Source: a virus
Taxonomy: Duplodnaviria; Caudoviricetes
Virus record (IMG/VR): IMGVR_UViG_3300028735_000004
Coordinates: 128,001 to 192,000 of that record
Length of the DNA stretch: 64,000 nucleotides
Strand: one strand, 5' to 3'
Below the pieces are notes generated by a model. The model was not told where the DNA came from. It saw only the letters and a list, made by a program, of their open reading frames with translations, and did no database searches. Numbering within the stretch: position 1 is the first letter of the stretch; each line of letters opens with the position of its first letter. Positions 48,309 to 59,185 of the stretch are shown here, piece after piece. Made by a program: the position numbers and the translations under genes.

Positions 48309-49063
48309 ACACACCCTGTACCAACCGATGATGGAGCTAAGCCATTAATACCTTGGTTTTGATCCCAAACTCCAATATTAGGAATTGTATTTTCACTTAT
48401 ATCTATATCCATATTTATTGCATCATCTAATTTATAATTTAATCTATTTTGATATTGATTTGAATAATAATTTTCAGTATTACCATCTGGCCATCTAATT
48501 ATTCTTGCATCTTCAAATGGTGCCCAAGATGGATTCATATTGGTTGGAATGAAATCCCCATACATACCTACTTCATCTTTTACATTGTTAACAATATCAT
48601 ACGCTTCATTTATATCTTCTGAATTACAAAATAATTTGATAAAATTTGTATATAATTTTATTATCTTAGGATCTACTCCTATACCAAAACCTAATTTTTT
48701 AGCTTCTTTAATTGCCTTATCATATGACCAATTTTGATATTTGCATCTATAAATAGCGGATAATAATCCTGTTCTATCTTTTCCGTGCAAACAATGAATG
48801 AAGGTTTTTTTACCCAAAAATAAATCATTTAAATTATATTTTAATAAATTTAATAAGGTAGATTTACGATGAGTACTAAGATCTATTATTATATGCTCTA
48901 ATCCTAAAAGTTTGCAAATTCTATCTATGGCTTTACCTATTTTGGCATCTAAACTTATTATTCTTTCTATCCCAAATTTTTCTTTGAGCAAACGCAAATC
49001 TTTTACAGAGGGTTTTCCGCCTCTATATAGATTTTTATCAATTTTTTTAAATCTACTAATCAT
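48305..49063 (-). CDS. Dual-specificity/tyrosine phosphatase (CX5R) with C-terminal extension
   Basis: LYRGGKP, IISLD, FIHCLHGKDRTG. Confidence 0.88.
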   Translation of the reverse strand: MISRFKKIDKNLYRGGKPSVKDLRLLKEKFGIERIISLDAKIGKAIDRICKLLGLEHIIIDLSTHRKSTLLNLLKYNLNDLFLGKKTFIHCLHGKDRTGLLSAIYRCKYQNWSYDKAIKEAKKLGFGIGVDPKIIKLYTNFIKLFCNSEDINEAYDIVNNVKDEVGMYGDFIPTNMNPSWAPFEDARIIRWPDGNTENYYSNQYQNRLNYKLDDAINMDIDISENTIPNIGVWDQNQGINGLAPSSVGTGCV

Positions 49064-49722
49064 AAAAATTTCACAACATTATTCAATACTTGTCTAATGT
49101 ATTGAGGATGCTGTTCTAATAAAATATTTTTTAATAATGTGATACTTTGTCCTAATGATGAAGATACTGGCATTTTTTTATTGGCTATCTCATATTCATT
49201 TAAATAGTAAATTTTTCTTTTTAAGTTGTTTAGAGATTTTTGTCTATTTTCTGGTGAAATTCTACTTGTAATAAATTTGATTAAATCTGCCAAATATTTC
49301 CCAGCATATTCTGGATTACCCATCTCAATGGCGGATGCGGTTTTTATTTTTAATATCTTCAAACATTCATCGAGAGCAATATCTTCAGGATGTTCTTCGT
49401 TATTTAAATAAGCCTTATCAAACTCTTCTTTATATTTTTCTTTAAATTTTTCTAAAGTATTAATATCGTGATTTTTAAATAATTCTCTAACTATCGAAGA
49501 ATAAGTAATTCCAGATGCTTTTTTATGCTTAAAATATTCTATTTGCTTTAATCTTTTGACAGCCTCATTTTTGGTGTCATAAGATCCGAGCTCTTTACCT
49601 TTTTCTGAAAAAATTTTCCACTTATTTTTTATTTTTTTAATCACAGAAACTTTAGTAAAACCACACACTTCATCATATGCCGATGTTAGAATATTTAAAT
49701 TATTTATTATATTTTTATCCAT
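49060..49722 (-). CDS. Hypothetical protein
   Basis: WKIFSEKGKELGSYDTKNEAVKRLKQIEYFK block; coupled in operon. Confidence 0.7.
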   Translation of the reverse strand: MDKNIINNLNILTSAYDEVCGFTKVSVIKKIKNKWKIFSEKGKELGSYDTKNEAVKRLKQIEYFKHKKASGITYSSIVRELFKNHDINTLEKFKEKYKEEFDKAYLNNEEHPEDIALDECLKILKIKTASAIEMGNPEYAGKYLADLIKFITSRISPENRQKSLNNLKRKIYYLNEYEIANKKMPVSSSLGQSITLLKNILLEQHPQYIRQVLNNVVKFL

Positions 49723-50101
49723 TTAATTTTCTAATTTTGGCAGAGGTGATTGTATTCATAAATACATCTTTTAATTGACCCGTTCCATCTAACTCTGTAA
49801 TAGCCTTTATATTAAAACCATTAACAATTACCATATTATCTTGCATTTTAGTTTCACCATTATCATCAATAAATGCGCAATCTAATATAAGCATATCACC
49901 ATAAGCATCTATTACTTTACCGCATACAACATTATAAATATTTCTAGAGAAGTCAGCTAAAGTTAATTGTTCTGAAACATCTCCAAAATAAATTTCAACA
50001 TATTTATCTTTATATAATAATGAGATGGTTTCAGCAAATGTTTTATGCTTTGGTTCATTTTTTAACTTTTCGATAAGTTTAATAACATCTTTTTTTAACA
50101 T
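49715..50101 (-). CDS. Hypothetical protein
   Basis: 128-aa coupled ORF. Confidence 0.7.
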   Translation of the reverse strand: MLKKDVIKLIEKLKNEPKHKTFAETISLLYKDKYVEIYFGDVSEQLTLADFSRNIYNVVCGKVIDAYGDMLILDCAFIDDNGETKMQDNMVIVNGFNIKAITELDGTGQLKDVFMNTITSAKIRKLNG

Positions 50102-50952
50102 TTGGCCGCCATTTTATACATTATAATTCTTCTATTTGTATTAAGTTTAGTATCGCTTACTTTTTTAAGTGTAGAATTTTTATCACTTAATACTAAAATA
50201 TTTATTTTATTTCCATATTTTTTTAAATTATTTTTAAACTCTAATGCAAGAACATTAGAAAATTCTTTTAATGCTTTTTCAGATAAATCTTTTGGTCCTT
50301 CAAAAGAACATTCTAACTCTATATTGGTACCATCAGAACATATATTAGTTGTTGCGCCCAATTCTTCTTGCAAACCTAAAGATAAAATTCTTGAAAATTC
50401 TAAAGAATTAGAATAATCAGTAGAATTAACTACTATTAAAAAATTATTCATATTATCATTTGCTCCCAAGAAACTTTTTAATTGATTTAAAAAAGCCATC
50501 AATTTATCATATTTTGATACTTGTTTTTGTGGTTCATTTATTTTTTTTCTTTGATCAACATCTTGGGTATCAGCGTATCCCAATAAACTTTCAACTTTAC
50601 CTTTGAAATTTTTAGTGCCCCAAGGACTATCATTAATATATTTTAATGTTAAATTAGGATTTAAAGATTTTTGTAAAGCGTCTCTAATTTTGCTATACAT
50701 TGGATATTTTAATGTTTTAATTGTAGCATCTATTCCTTGTTGCCAATCTTTATATGCCTGTACTCCAGCCTTAAATCCAGGATTATATGATCCTGGCATT
50801 TTTTGTGTTGTATTTAACGGATTAAATTTAGCCGCATTATAGTAATGACCACCTTCAAGTGCTTGCCAAGCGACCAAAGCATTAATATTATTATCCGAAG
50901 TTGGATAACCCATAGTTGTTAGAATTTTTTTGGCAAAATCTCTTGGTGTCAT
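50095..50952 (-). CDS. Lysozyme-like peptidoglycan hydrolase domain protein
   Basis: ALVAWQALEGG..FNPLNTT..GVQAY.DW..GI.AT..L typical of lysozyme-like folds. Confidence 0.55.
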   Translation of the reverse strand: MTPRDFAKKILTTMGYPTSDNNINALVAWQALEGGHYYNAAKFNPLNTTQKMPGSYNPGFKAGVQAYKDWQQGIDATIKTLKYPMYSKIRDALQKSLNPNLTLKYINDSPWGTKNFKGKVESLLGYADTQDVDQRKKINEPQKQVSKYDKLMAFLNQLKSFLGANDNMNNFLIVVNSTDYSNSLEFSRILSLGLQEELGATTNICSDGTNIELECSFEGPKDLSEKALKEFSNVLALEFKNNLKKYGNKINILVLSDKNSTLKKVSDTKLNTNRRIIMYKMAAKC

Positions 50953-52556
50953 CAGTTCCCTATTCTAAAATTCTTTTGCATTGTTTTAACAGTTAATGTT
51001 TTTTGATACGCAGAAAATCTACATACTACTCTAAATGTCGCTTTCTGATTAGGTAATTCTAAATTTATAGATTGTAAATCTAATGATGTTAAAATATCTA
51101 CATATCGATCTTTAGGATTACTATCATCATCAACAGGAGATATTTGTATTACTAAACCTTTTAAAATTGAATTTTTGATAGCAGGAATTAATTTGTTTTT
51201 AAATTCATATGGTAAATCAGATATTTCTATATTAAAATCATCTAATCTTTTGATAAAAATTTGTGCTAAATGATCTTCTGCCGCAGAAGTTATACGAATA
51301 TTTTTAATATCCTTTAAAATTTCAACATCAGATAAAAATTGATTAACTGGACCTATTGGTAATTCAGTTTTTGTCTTTAATTTAGTTTTCGGTTTTTCTT
51401 CAATTACCTCTATGTCCTCAGGATCAATTTCTTGTGGTTTATCTTGATTTTCTACTTTTTTTTTAAGAAAATCAAAAATACCAGCTGTCTTGTTTCTTTC
51501 TTCTAATTTTTTAAGAGCTTCTTCATTAGCTTTTTGATCAGAAACTTCTTCTTGTTTTGAATAATCTTCTAATTGCTCTTGTGTTTCCAAATTTTCCAAA
51601 ACTTGTTTAGATTGTTCAACTAGGCTTTGTTCAGATTTAGGTTGTCTGACAGATAATTCTTTTTCTAATTGTCGTTCCTGAGATAATTTTTGTTCTTTAT
51701 ATTTCTGAGCAGCTTCTTGTTGTTGCCGCTGAATCATTTTTTGATATTCTTCTTCTCGTTTTTTTGCTTCTTCCTGTTTTTGTTTAAATTCTAATTCTTG
51801 TTTTTTAATTTCTTCTTCTAATTTAGCCTGATGTTCTTTTAATGGTATAATATTTTTATTGTAGTATTTTGTAAAACTTTTATTAAAACCACCACATTCT
51901 TTAGATAAATCCATCGATGTTTTCAAATAATTATCAACCTTACGAGTTGCAACATATCTTCCAAGATCTTTTAAATTATCAATTAATGATTTATTTAAAG
52001 ATTTTGCTTGGCTTACCAAATCAATAGTATCTTGTCGTAATTTGCCAATAAAAGAAGATGGAAACCTTTTTTCTAAGGCCTTAATTGCTAAATTATGTGG
52101 AGAGAAAAATCCGGCAAACATATCGCTTAAAGAAGAGAAGAATCCGGCATTTTTAACTAATTCAATTGATAATTCTGATTTTTTAGCTACAGGTTGATAT
52201 TTAAATAGTTCTTCTAAATGCTCTTTTTTTGGTCTGCTTAATAAAATATCATAATTTTTAAAATTTACAATATTTTTTAAAGTATCAAATTTTTCTTTAA
52301 TTGAAGAAACAGCATCATTATATTTAGTTAAATAATAAGCAGTAGTTATGTAATCTCTAAGCCTGCTTGCAGAGACAGCTTTATCTAAATTGATTTCATT
52401 TTTTTCTACAATTTTTCTAATTTCATTATCAGTAGATCTAATAATCTTCATTATTTCTCTAAATTCCGAATCTCTTAATTCTAAGAATTTACCAGAAATA
52501 TTAGATTTTTCTCTAACTTTACTTAAGAAACTTCTTCTTTGAGCGATTTTTTTCAT
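50952..52556 (-). CDS. Putative virion coiled-coil protein
   Basis: 534 aa with Q/E/K-rich central coil; directly downstream of portal. Confidence 0.6.
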   Translation of the reverse strand: MKKIAQRRSFLSKVREKSNISGKFLELRDSEFREIMKIIRSTDNEIRKIVEKNEINLDKAVSASRLRDYITTAYYLTKYNDAVSSIKEKFDTLKNIVNFKNYDILLSRPKKEHLEELFKYQPVAKKSELSIELVKNAGFFSSLSDMFAGFFSPHNLAIKALEKRFPSSFIGKLRQDTIDLVSQAKSLNKSLIDNLKDLGRYVATRKVDNYLKTSMDLSKECGGFNKSFTKYYNKNIIPLKEHQAKLEEEIKKQELEFKQKQEEAKKREEEYQKMIQRQQQEAAQKYKEQKLSQERQLEKELSVRQPKSEQSLVEQSKQVLENLETQEQLEDYSKQEEVSDQKANEEALKKLEERNKTAGIFDFLKKKVENQDKPQEIDPEDIEVIEEKPKTKLKTKTELPIGPVNQFLSDVEILKDIKNIRITSAAEDHLAQIFIKRLDDFNIEISDLPYEFKNKLIPAIKNSILKGLVIQISPVDDDSNPKDRYVDILTSLDLQSINLELPNQKATFRVVCRFSAYQKTLTVKTMQKNFRIGN

Positions 52557-52592
52557 AACACTCCCTATTAATTATATAAAAATATTGATTAA

Positions 52593-54308
52593 TTAAGGAG
52601 CTTTAGGTGATGGAGGTGGAGTTAAATCTGGTGGAATGCCAGAAGTATCAGGAATGCCGGAAGGTTCTCCCCCACCAGATGGACCAGCTTCATAAGGTGA
52701 TTGTCCAGGTAAAGGCGGTTCTAATATTTCTGGAATATCAGCATCATCAGTTAAAGACCTTAATTCATTGAGAGGCATTTGTTTAAGAGATTCTTTCTCT
52801 TTTTCTCTAATTGCTTCTGCAATATCTTCTTTTCTAATCTTTCTTCTTTCTTCTTCCCATTCCAATCCTAAAGATCTATATAAAGTTTGTTGTGAAACTC
52901 GTTTTGGATCTCCGGTTAATTGAATTAAAAAGTTAATATAATCAGCCGCATCAAATAAGCTCATATGATTCCAGTCAATATCTGGAACTATAAGAACTTT
53001 TTTCTTATCTTTAAATTCGTAAAATTCATTGAGTTTAGAAATGGGAGCAAAAATACGACGACGAAGCCAGGTTGTCATCATATTTCTAAACTGCATATAA
53101 CGCTGTCTTAATACATCAAGAGATATACCACCGTTAGCATATGTAATATCTCCACCACCTTCCATAACTACTTGTGGTACCATTAATCCAATATAAATTT
53201 CTTTAATTAATTGCGTAATATCTCCTGAAATATCATAAATACCTTGACCAGAACCTATTCTTTCTATAGATACCTGATCGTGAGTAATGATTTTAAAATC
53301 TTTATCATATTGTGCTTGTTCTATCAATTCTCTCCAAGCTTCAAGATCTGCCGGAGTTGGCTTATATTCAGTACCTGCCCCTCCAACTTTAACAAGAGTT
53401 AAAGGATTAATCATATTAGCGGCTTGTGCAAATTTAGATTCTCTTAATAAATCGAATAACATTAATTGTCTAAATACAGAAACTGGAAGCCCAGTGCCTC
53501 TATGTGCATATGGGCTTATTTTTCTTGCCAAATGTGAAACATAAAAATTATCAAGAGGTATATTTTCGCCTCTTCTTACTCTTTCAATTATTGCCGGATT
53601 TAACTGATTTCTTTGTTCTATGTCGGATGGATTATTTGACATTACTATCTTGCGTAAATTTTCATCCGGTCTTAACATAATTAACGGCTCATTTGCTATA
53701 ACCGTTTTTTTAACAACTATATAATCTGGATTTTGTATTGCTAATCTACTCCATTTTAATGATTTTGAGTCTAACTCCGCATATACAAAAGCTTCACCTA
53801 ACAACCAATATTCTTGAGCAACTTGAACACAAATATTCATTAAATCTATTTCTTCAATCATTTCATTAAAGAAATCTTCTACTTTTTTATTTGGACATTT
53901 AATGTTTAATTTACTAATAGGATATGTGCTATGCAAATTAATAGCGTTTTGTACTATGGGATTTAAGGCATAAAATGATCTGCACCAGGCATTTATTGTA
54001 GCCTGGTCTCTTGGTAAATTAAGATTTGAATTAAGCCATAATGGAGAATAAACTTCAGGCGTTTGTCTTACAGTTCCACCTGAACCTTGCCAAGAAGTTC
54101 CAGAACTACTGCTGGCTAATTGAGCATTTTTAACAATAGTTGAATATGATGCTTGTGTTAATTCATTTTTGTTTTTAAGATTACCAGATCCATCCTTAAA
54201 TAAACCGGCCTCTACCTCTTCTCCAAGTGTTTCTCGCCTATATTGGGAAACGGATTTATACATTAATGGAGTAATTGATGGTACATATTTTTTAGTATTA
54301 TCTGACAA
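52593..54308 (-). CDS. Portal protein
   Basis: Follows TerL; NPIVQNAINLH, EYWLLGEAF, NPDY, HLARK, GTGLP; Pro-rich tail. Confidence 0.78.
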   Translation of the reverse strand: MSDNTKKYVPSITPLMYKSVSQYRRETLGEEVEAGLFKDGSGNLKNKNELTQASYSTIVKNAQLASSSSGTSWQGSGGTVRQTPEVYSPLWLNSNLNLPRDQATINAWCRSFYALNPIVQNAINLHSTYPISKLNIKCPNKKVEDFFNEMIEEIDLMNICVQVAQEYWLLGEAFVYAELDSKSLKWSRLAIQNPDYIVVKKTVIANEPLIMLRPDENLRKIVMSNNPSDIEQRNQLNPAIIERVRRGENIPLDNFYVSHLARKISPYAHRGTGLPVSVFRQLMLFDLLRESKFAQAANMINPLTLVKVGGAGTEYKPTPADLEAWRELIEQAQYDKDFKIITHDQVSIERIGSGQGIYDISGDITQLIKEIYIGLMVPQVVMEGGGDITYANGGISLDVLRQRYMQFRNMMTTWLRRRIFAPISKLNEFYEFKDKKKVLIVPDIDWNHMSLFDAADYINFLIQLTGDPKRVSQQTLYRSLGLEWEEERRKIRKEDIAEAIREKEKESLKQMPLNELRSLTDDADIPEILEPPLPGQSPYEAGPSGGGEPSGIPDTSGIPPDLTPPPSPKAP

Positions 54309-54373
54309 AATTCACCTATATGAATATATATAACTTTATTACTGATTATTTATTAGACAATATTTAGTTAATG

Positions 54374-56215
54374 TTATCTAATTTTAGGAGCATATGCTAA
54401 AACTGCAGGAAGTGTTTTCTTTTCTTCTGTGAAAGAAGTTGGAAGCCCTTGGTTAGTAAAACCTTGAGTTATATAAAATTTATAAGCAATATATGCGTTT
54501 AATAAAGCAACAAAACCATCATTAACCCCAGATTTAATATAGTGAGGTGTAACATCTCCTACTCGCGATATAGAAGGTTTTATTTCCATATTAGTGCAAT
54601 GCTGAATTAACCAGGCAATATGCTCATATGAGCCAAGAGGAAATCTTACCATACCTTTTTTCATTTTTTCATATAAATCAGCAATCCAATAATCTTTTTC
54701 AAACATAATTACTTTAGGAAAAATATCTGAATTATATTTTACTTTATTATTTAACTTACCAGTAGCTTGAGCGCACAAAAATTTTTCACCTAATTCATTT
54801 TGTAATATTTCACTCAAATCGTGCGTGTATCCAAAATCCATCATCGCAAGATTAATAGAATATTTTTGAATAAGCTCTTTGATAAAGGACTTCTTATATT
54901 CAACATTATTTTTTTTAAATTTAGCCGCAAATTCAATTGACATTATACCAGCATTTTTAATAGATATAATTACCGCGGTGCTATAGCTCTGCCCCTGTAT
55001 TTTAAACCTTGGATTATCAACCATTTGTTCGGTGTCTTGTCTGGCGCCTATATCTATTCCTAAGAATTTTAAAGTTTGATCTTCTGGATGAAAATTAGCC
55101 CTAAATTTTCTCTCGTGATCTCCACAAATTTCTCGTATCTGATCTTGAGTAATAATAGAAGTTTCTCCGTGGAAAAATTCTCCAAGAACTTCGTTTTGAT
55201 ATGCTCTTTCACTATTAATTGGACTATTTTCAGGTTTTTCTGCAAGAATTTTTTCTTTAGTAAATTCTGGCATATACAACTGATTAATATGAAATCCTAT
55301 ATATTGACATTCATCTGGATTTCGTAAAGGTACCCATTTACCTCTTTCCGCTGCTTTTCTTTTGTCTTGATCGTGGCCGCAATGAGTACATCTAACAACG
55401 AAGTCATAAATCCAAATATTTTCCCATTCATTGCTTCCAGGAGTATATAATGGAAAATGCTCTCCACATTTTTCACAACCTAAATAAAAATATTGTTGAG
55501 AAGAAGCGTTCCATAATTTATGAAAATTAGAGCCTTTTTGAAGAGGAGTTCCAAAATAAACTTGAACTCCAGAACCAATAGAACCATATCTTGCTTTATT
55601 TAGAATTTTTAAAGTATTAGAAATGGCAGCTGGGCTCATTAATTGACATTCATCAAAAAATATAACATCCGCAGTTTTTCCTCTTAATCTTGAACCATCA
55701 AGGCCAACTGATTCTATCCATAAATGATTACCGCCAACAAATTGCTTAAATTGTAAGCTGTCATTAGTGGCGGTTGTTGCATCAATTAAAGATTGCATAT
55801 GTGATTTAGATTTGCCTTTTTTATCAGGACCGTCCGTTAATACAGAGTTAGATATCATTTCACTTAATTTAGTTTTAGAATACGAAAAGACGTGATCTAA
55901 TTGAGGAAATGCGTGCACAACTCTAATTGGAGGCCTATCTCCAGATCCAAATAATCCAGATCCCATAAAAAACATTTCAAGTACAGAAGCCATAGTAGTG
56001 CCACCGACTTGGCGTGATTTAAGTAATACAATTGGTTTAGAATTATTTTCTAAAGCTTTAACGCCAATGTATCGATAAATTTCAATAAATGGCCTATATC
56101 CATTACTTGTTAAATTAAAAGGCTTACCATCAAGATTTAAATAATTTTCCGCAAAATATACAGGATCTATATTTAATAGTGTTTTCTTTATTTTTTCTAA
56201 AATTTCATCTGACAT
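54374..56215 (-). CDS. terL: Terminase large subunit (gpA-like, with Zn ribbon)
   Basis: LKSRQVGGTT Walker A, IFFDECQ Walker B, CEKC/CTHC, GFHINQLY, LGIDIG nuclease. Confidence 0.9.
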   Translation of the reverse strand: MSDEILEKIKKTLLNIDPVYFAENYLNLDGKPFNLTSNGYRPFIEIYRYIGVKALENNSKPIVLLKSRQVGGTTMASVLEMFFMGSGLFGSGDRPPIRVVHAFPQLDHVFSYSKTKLSEMISNSVLTDGPDKKGKSKSHMQSLIDATTATNDSLQFKQFVGGNHLWIESVGLDGSRLRGKTADVIFFDECQLMSPAAISNTLKILNKARYGSIGSGVQVYFGTPLQKGSNFHKLWNASSQQYFYLGCEKCGEHFPLYTPGSNEWENIWIYDFVVRCTHCGHDQDKRKAAERGKWVPLRNPDECQYIGFHINQLYMPEFTKEKILAEKPENSPINSERAYQNEVLGEFFHGETSIITQDQIREICGDHERKFRANFHPEDQTLKFLGIDIGARQDTEQMVDNPRFKIQGQSYSTAVIISIKNAGIMSIEFAAKFKKNNVEYKKSFIKELIQKYSINLAMMDFGYTHDLSEILQNELGEKFLCAQATGKLNNKVKYNSDIFPKVIMFEKDYWIADLYEKMKKGMVRFPLGSYEHIAWLIQHCTNMEIKPSISRVGDVTPHYIKSGVNDGFVALLNAYIAYKFYITQGFTNQGLPTSFTEEKKTLPAVLAYAPKIR

Positions 56216-56252
56216 ATATTAAATATATATCAATAAATAAATTAAAAATTAC

Positions 56253-56846
56253 TTATTTAGTTGATGGTTCTAATAATTCAAACGGATCGTAATTTTCATC
56301 ACCGTCAGTAGAGGTATCAATTTTTCCTAAATTTAAATTTACTTCTTTATTTTGAGGATTATTTTTTTCTACTTCTATAATTTTATTATTAATATAAACT
56401 CTAACATCATTGGGAACATCAAATTTATTATCTAATTTTTCTTGAATAGATTTGATTTTTAATAAATCTTCAACAACTGCTTCTGGAAATGCGGTTGGTC
56501 TGCTTTCAACATAATTATCTATAAAGATTTTCATTTCAGGTATTCTGCTGAATATTTCTGGCTCTTTATGAGTTAATGATGAAGATGCTTGTTTTTTATT
56601 TAAGAATTCTAATAAACCAGTTCTTTTTTGCATATCTAATACTGCTTCTTCAACACTGGAATATTTTGATTTACGATTACCTAATATTTGATTAATTTCA
56701 TCAAATATGACGGCATCTTGCACTTTTGATTTTACTGCACTTTTCTCTAATTCAGAAATAAAATCATCTAACCATTCTGGCTCGTATTTATTGCCTTCAA
56801 AAGTTATATCATCTCTTGAAAAAATAGAATTATTATATCTGCTCAT
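56253..56846 (-). CDS. Hypothetical protein
   Basis: 197-aa ORF upstream of terL. Confidence 0.7.
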   Translation of the reverse strand: MSRYNNSIFSRDDITFEGNKYEPEWLDDFISELEKSAVKSKVQDAVIFDEINQILGNRKSKYSSVEEAVLDMQKRTGLLEFLNKKQASSSLTHKEPEIFSRIPEMKIFIDNYVESRPTAFPEAVVEDLLKIKSIQEKLDNKFDVPNDVRVYINNKIIEVEKNNPQNKEVNLNLGKIDTSTDGDENYDPFELLEPSTK

Positions 56847-56854
56847 AATTAATA

Positions 56855-57766
56855 TTAGGCCTGATAATTACTTGCCCAATCTCCTTTACCATCACGAGTA
56901 TCTACTTCTTCATCGCGTTTATATAAACGATCAGTTCTTACTGGATAGCCCATATCTTCAAGAAATTGTGATAATTCGGCCTGTTCTCTTTCGTTTAAGG
57001 CATATTTTTTCACTTGGTCTTCGTAAAGATGTTCAATTGAATGACCTGCGGAAACCATTCCGTTTATACAAACTCTTGCAATTCTTGATATTAATAACGG
57101 GACTGTAACTATTATCCCACCAACATATGGGGCTCTACCTTCTTTAACTAAAGATGATTTTTCCTCGGCTTTTTTCTTTTTACCATATTTGCTATCTAAA
57201 ATTTCTTCTCTTCTTTTATCTAATCTAACGATACCTTCATTTATTTCATCTTTAGCTTTTGCGACTTCATCAGCATCAATTACGCCTTCAAAATCTTGTT
57301 GCATCGCTCTGGAAATTTCACTATCTAATCTTTTAAGATAAGCAATAGCTCTTTCTAAACCAGGAATATCTTTACCCGAATGATTAGGAATTTTCTTAAG
57401 CATTTCATCCAACCAAGAAGAAAAATTAGCACAATCTTCCCAATCCCAAATATTTTTAGATTTATCTTTAACTACTTTTTCTTCTTTTTTATCTTCTAAA
57501 TCTTTATCAGAAATCTCTAATACTTGAGCATCATCGGGTGCTCCCGGTATATTGGGGAGTTTAAATTTAAGCTCAACTTCTACTGGAGCCACTTCCTGAG
57601 CTAAATCTTGATGCAATTCAACAACATCTTCCATTTCTGGTTTTTCATCATAAATGACTATTTCTTCATTTGATGGAGCTAATTCTACTTCGACTGGCTC
57701 ATCTACCATATCAATAACTAAATCTTTATTTTCCATTAAATCCTGTGCGCTTTTTAAAAGTGGCAT
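56855..57766 (-). CDS. Acidic hypothetical (putative virion) protein
   Basis: GAGG RBS; 303 aa. Confidence 0.7.
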   Translation of the reverse strand: MPLLKSAQDLMENKDLVIDMVDEPVEVELAPSNEEIVIYDEKPEMEDVVELHQDLAQEVAPVEVELKFKLPNIPGAPDDAQVLEISDKDLEDKKEEKVVKDKSKNIWDWEDCANFSSWLDEMLKKIPNHSGKDIPGLERAIAYLKRLDSEISRAMQQDFEGVIDADEVAKAKDEINEGIVRLDKRREEILDSKYGKKKKAEEKSSLVKEGRAPYVGGIIVTVPLLISRIARVCINGMVSAGHSIEHLYEDQVKKYALNEREQAELSQFLEDMGYPVRTDRLYKRDEEVDTRDGKGDWASNYQA

Positions 57767-57812
57767 AGTTCCCTCGATAAATATTCTTCAATATTATATA
57801 ATAATATACATA

Positions 57813-58250
57813 TTAAAGTTTTTTTGATAATATTTTATTTAATATTTCTGCTCTTTTTTGTAATTTATACATTCTATCTGCGTTTTGAGTAAAACCATAA
57901 TAAAGATTATGATAATAAGTGCTTGTTTGATCGTCCATTGGGACGGTAAATAATCCATTCATTCCGGTATTATCCATAGTATTTGTATAATAATCAGATG
58001 GTTTTAATGTAGGTAATTTACACGTTTCTATAACTTTATTATACAAACAATTAACTTGATGATCAAAAATTTCTCCAGCATACTTACATTGTGTATTTGG
58101 TGATTTTTCTAATAATAATTGTTTATTTTTAGACACATCTGTGGTATCCATTAAATCAACTAAATCACCAGCTTTTTTACAATCTTTTGTAATATCTAAG
58201 CCAAATGGACATTTATTTGCCTGATCTCTTAAAACCGATAATTTTTTCAT
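57813..58250 (-). CDS. Cys-containing hypothetical protein
   Basis: CPFGL..C..C.Y..C spacing. Confidence 0.65.
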   Translation of the reverse strand: MKKLSVLRDQANKCPFGLDITKDCKKAGDLVDLMDTTDVSKNKQLLLEKSPNTQCKYAGEIFDHQVNCLYNKVIETCKLPTLKPSDYYTNTMDNTGMNGLFTVPMDDQTSTYYHNLYYGFTQNADRMYKLQKRAEILNKILSKKL

Positions 58251-59182
58251 TGTGGTTTATTTTTTCTAATTTTATCGATTAATTGTTTTCTTTTGTTTTT
58301 TCTTTTTTTTCTAAATTCAGATAAGCTTTTATTTTTCTTCATATCAGAATATAAACCTAATCCAGGACCTTCTTTATCTTCTATCCCATAATCAAAATTA
58401 CTAAAAAATTGAGCATTTTTAACTGAATTATAAATTACTTTTTTATTATAAAATGGCTGCAAATCTTCATTAATTGGTATATAATTCCAAATATCCATTT
58501 CATTTAATAAATAAACCAATCTATCGGGATTATGATTTAATGCTTTATTTATATTTTTAACTTTATATTGCAATTTGATTTGATTTAAATATTGTTTATT
58601 ATTTTTAATCCAATTAATAATTTTAGGATCTACATCAAAATCTAACTTAGAAGATAAATACAATACCCTAATTATTCTATTTACATTATATTTAAATGTT
58701 AATTCTGGATCCAGGCATGTGCGTATGAATTTATTTTCGATATCATCTATACCTAATTCAGTTAAATCTAATGTTGTTTTTAAATCAAAATTTAATAATA
58801 AAGAATTACAAGTAAAATCTCTACTATAAATTTCTTTTTCAAGTTCAGTTGGTTTTTCTATACCTTTATAATGTAAAATTTTTTCTATATTAGGTATTTT
58901 AAAATTAGAAGAAAAATCTATTTTTAAAGAACCCGTATAAACCGATGTATGACCGTCATCCATTTTTTTAGAAGCAGACGGTAATATTTTTGCTAATTCA
59001 ATAGAAAACTCTTTAGCCAAATAATGTATAGTTTTATCACCATTTGTAATATCTAAATCAGAAATATTATCTAATTTGTCAAGATATTTATCGCGAGGCA
59101 CACCACCACATATAAAAGGTTTAGAAAAACCTTTATTTTCTGCAATATTTTCTATTAGATTTAATAAATCCTTTAGTTTCAT
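58247..59182 (-). CDS. CCA-adding enzyme / poly(A) polymerase family nucleotidyltransferase
   Basis: GGVPRD, DLD, RDFTCNSL, NRIIR motifs. Confidence 0.85.
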   Translation of the reverse strand: MKLKDLLNLIENIAENKGFSKPFICGGVPRDKYLDKLDNISDLDITNGDKTIHYLAKEFSIELAKILPSASKKMDDGHTSVYTGSLKIDFSSNFKIPNIEKILHYKGIEKPTELEKEIYSRDFTCNSLLLNFDLKTTLDLTELGIDDIENKFIRTCLDPELTFKYNVNRIIRVLYLSSKLDFDVDPKIINWIKNNKQYLNQIKLQYKVKNINKALNHNPDRLVYLLNEMDIWNYIPINEDLQPFYNKKVIYNSVKNAQFFSNFDYGIEDKEGPGLGLYSDMKKNKSLSEFRKKRKNKRKQLIDKIRKNKPQ

Positions 59183-59185
59183 TCA

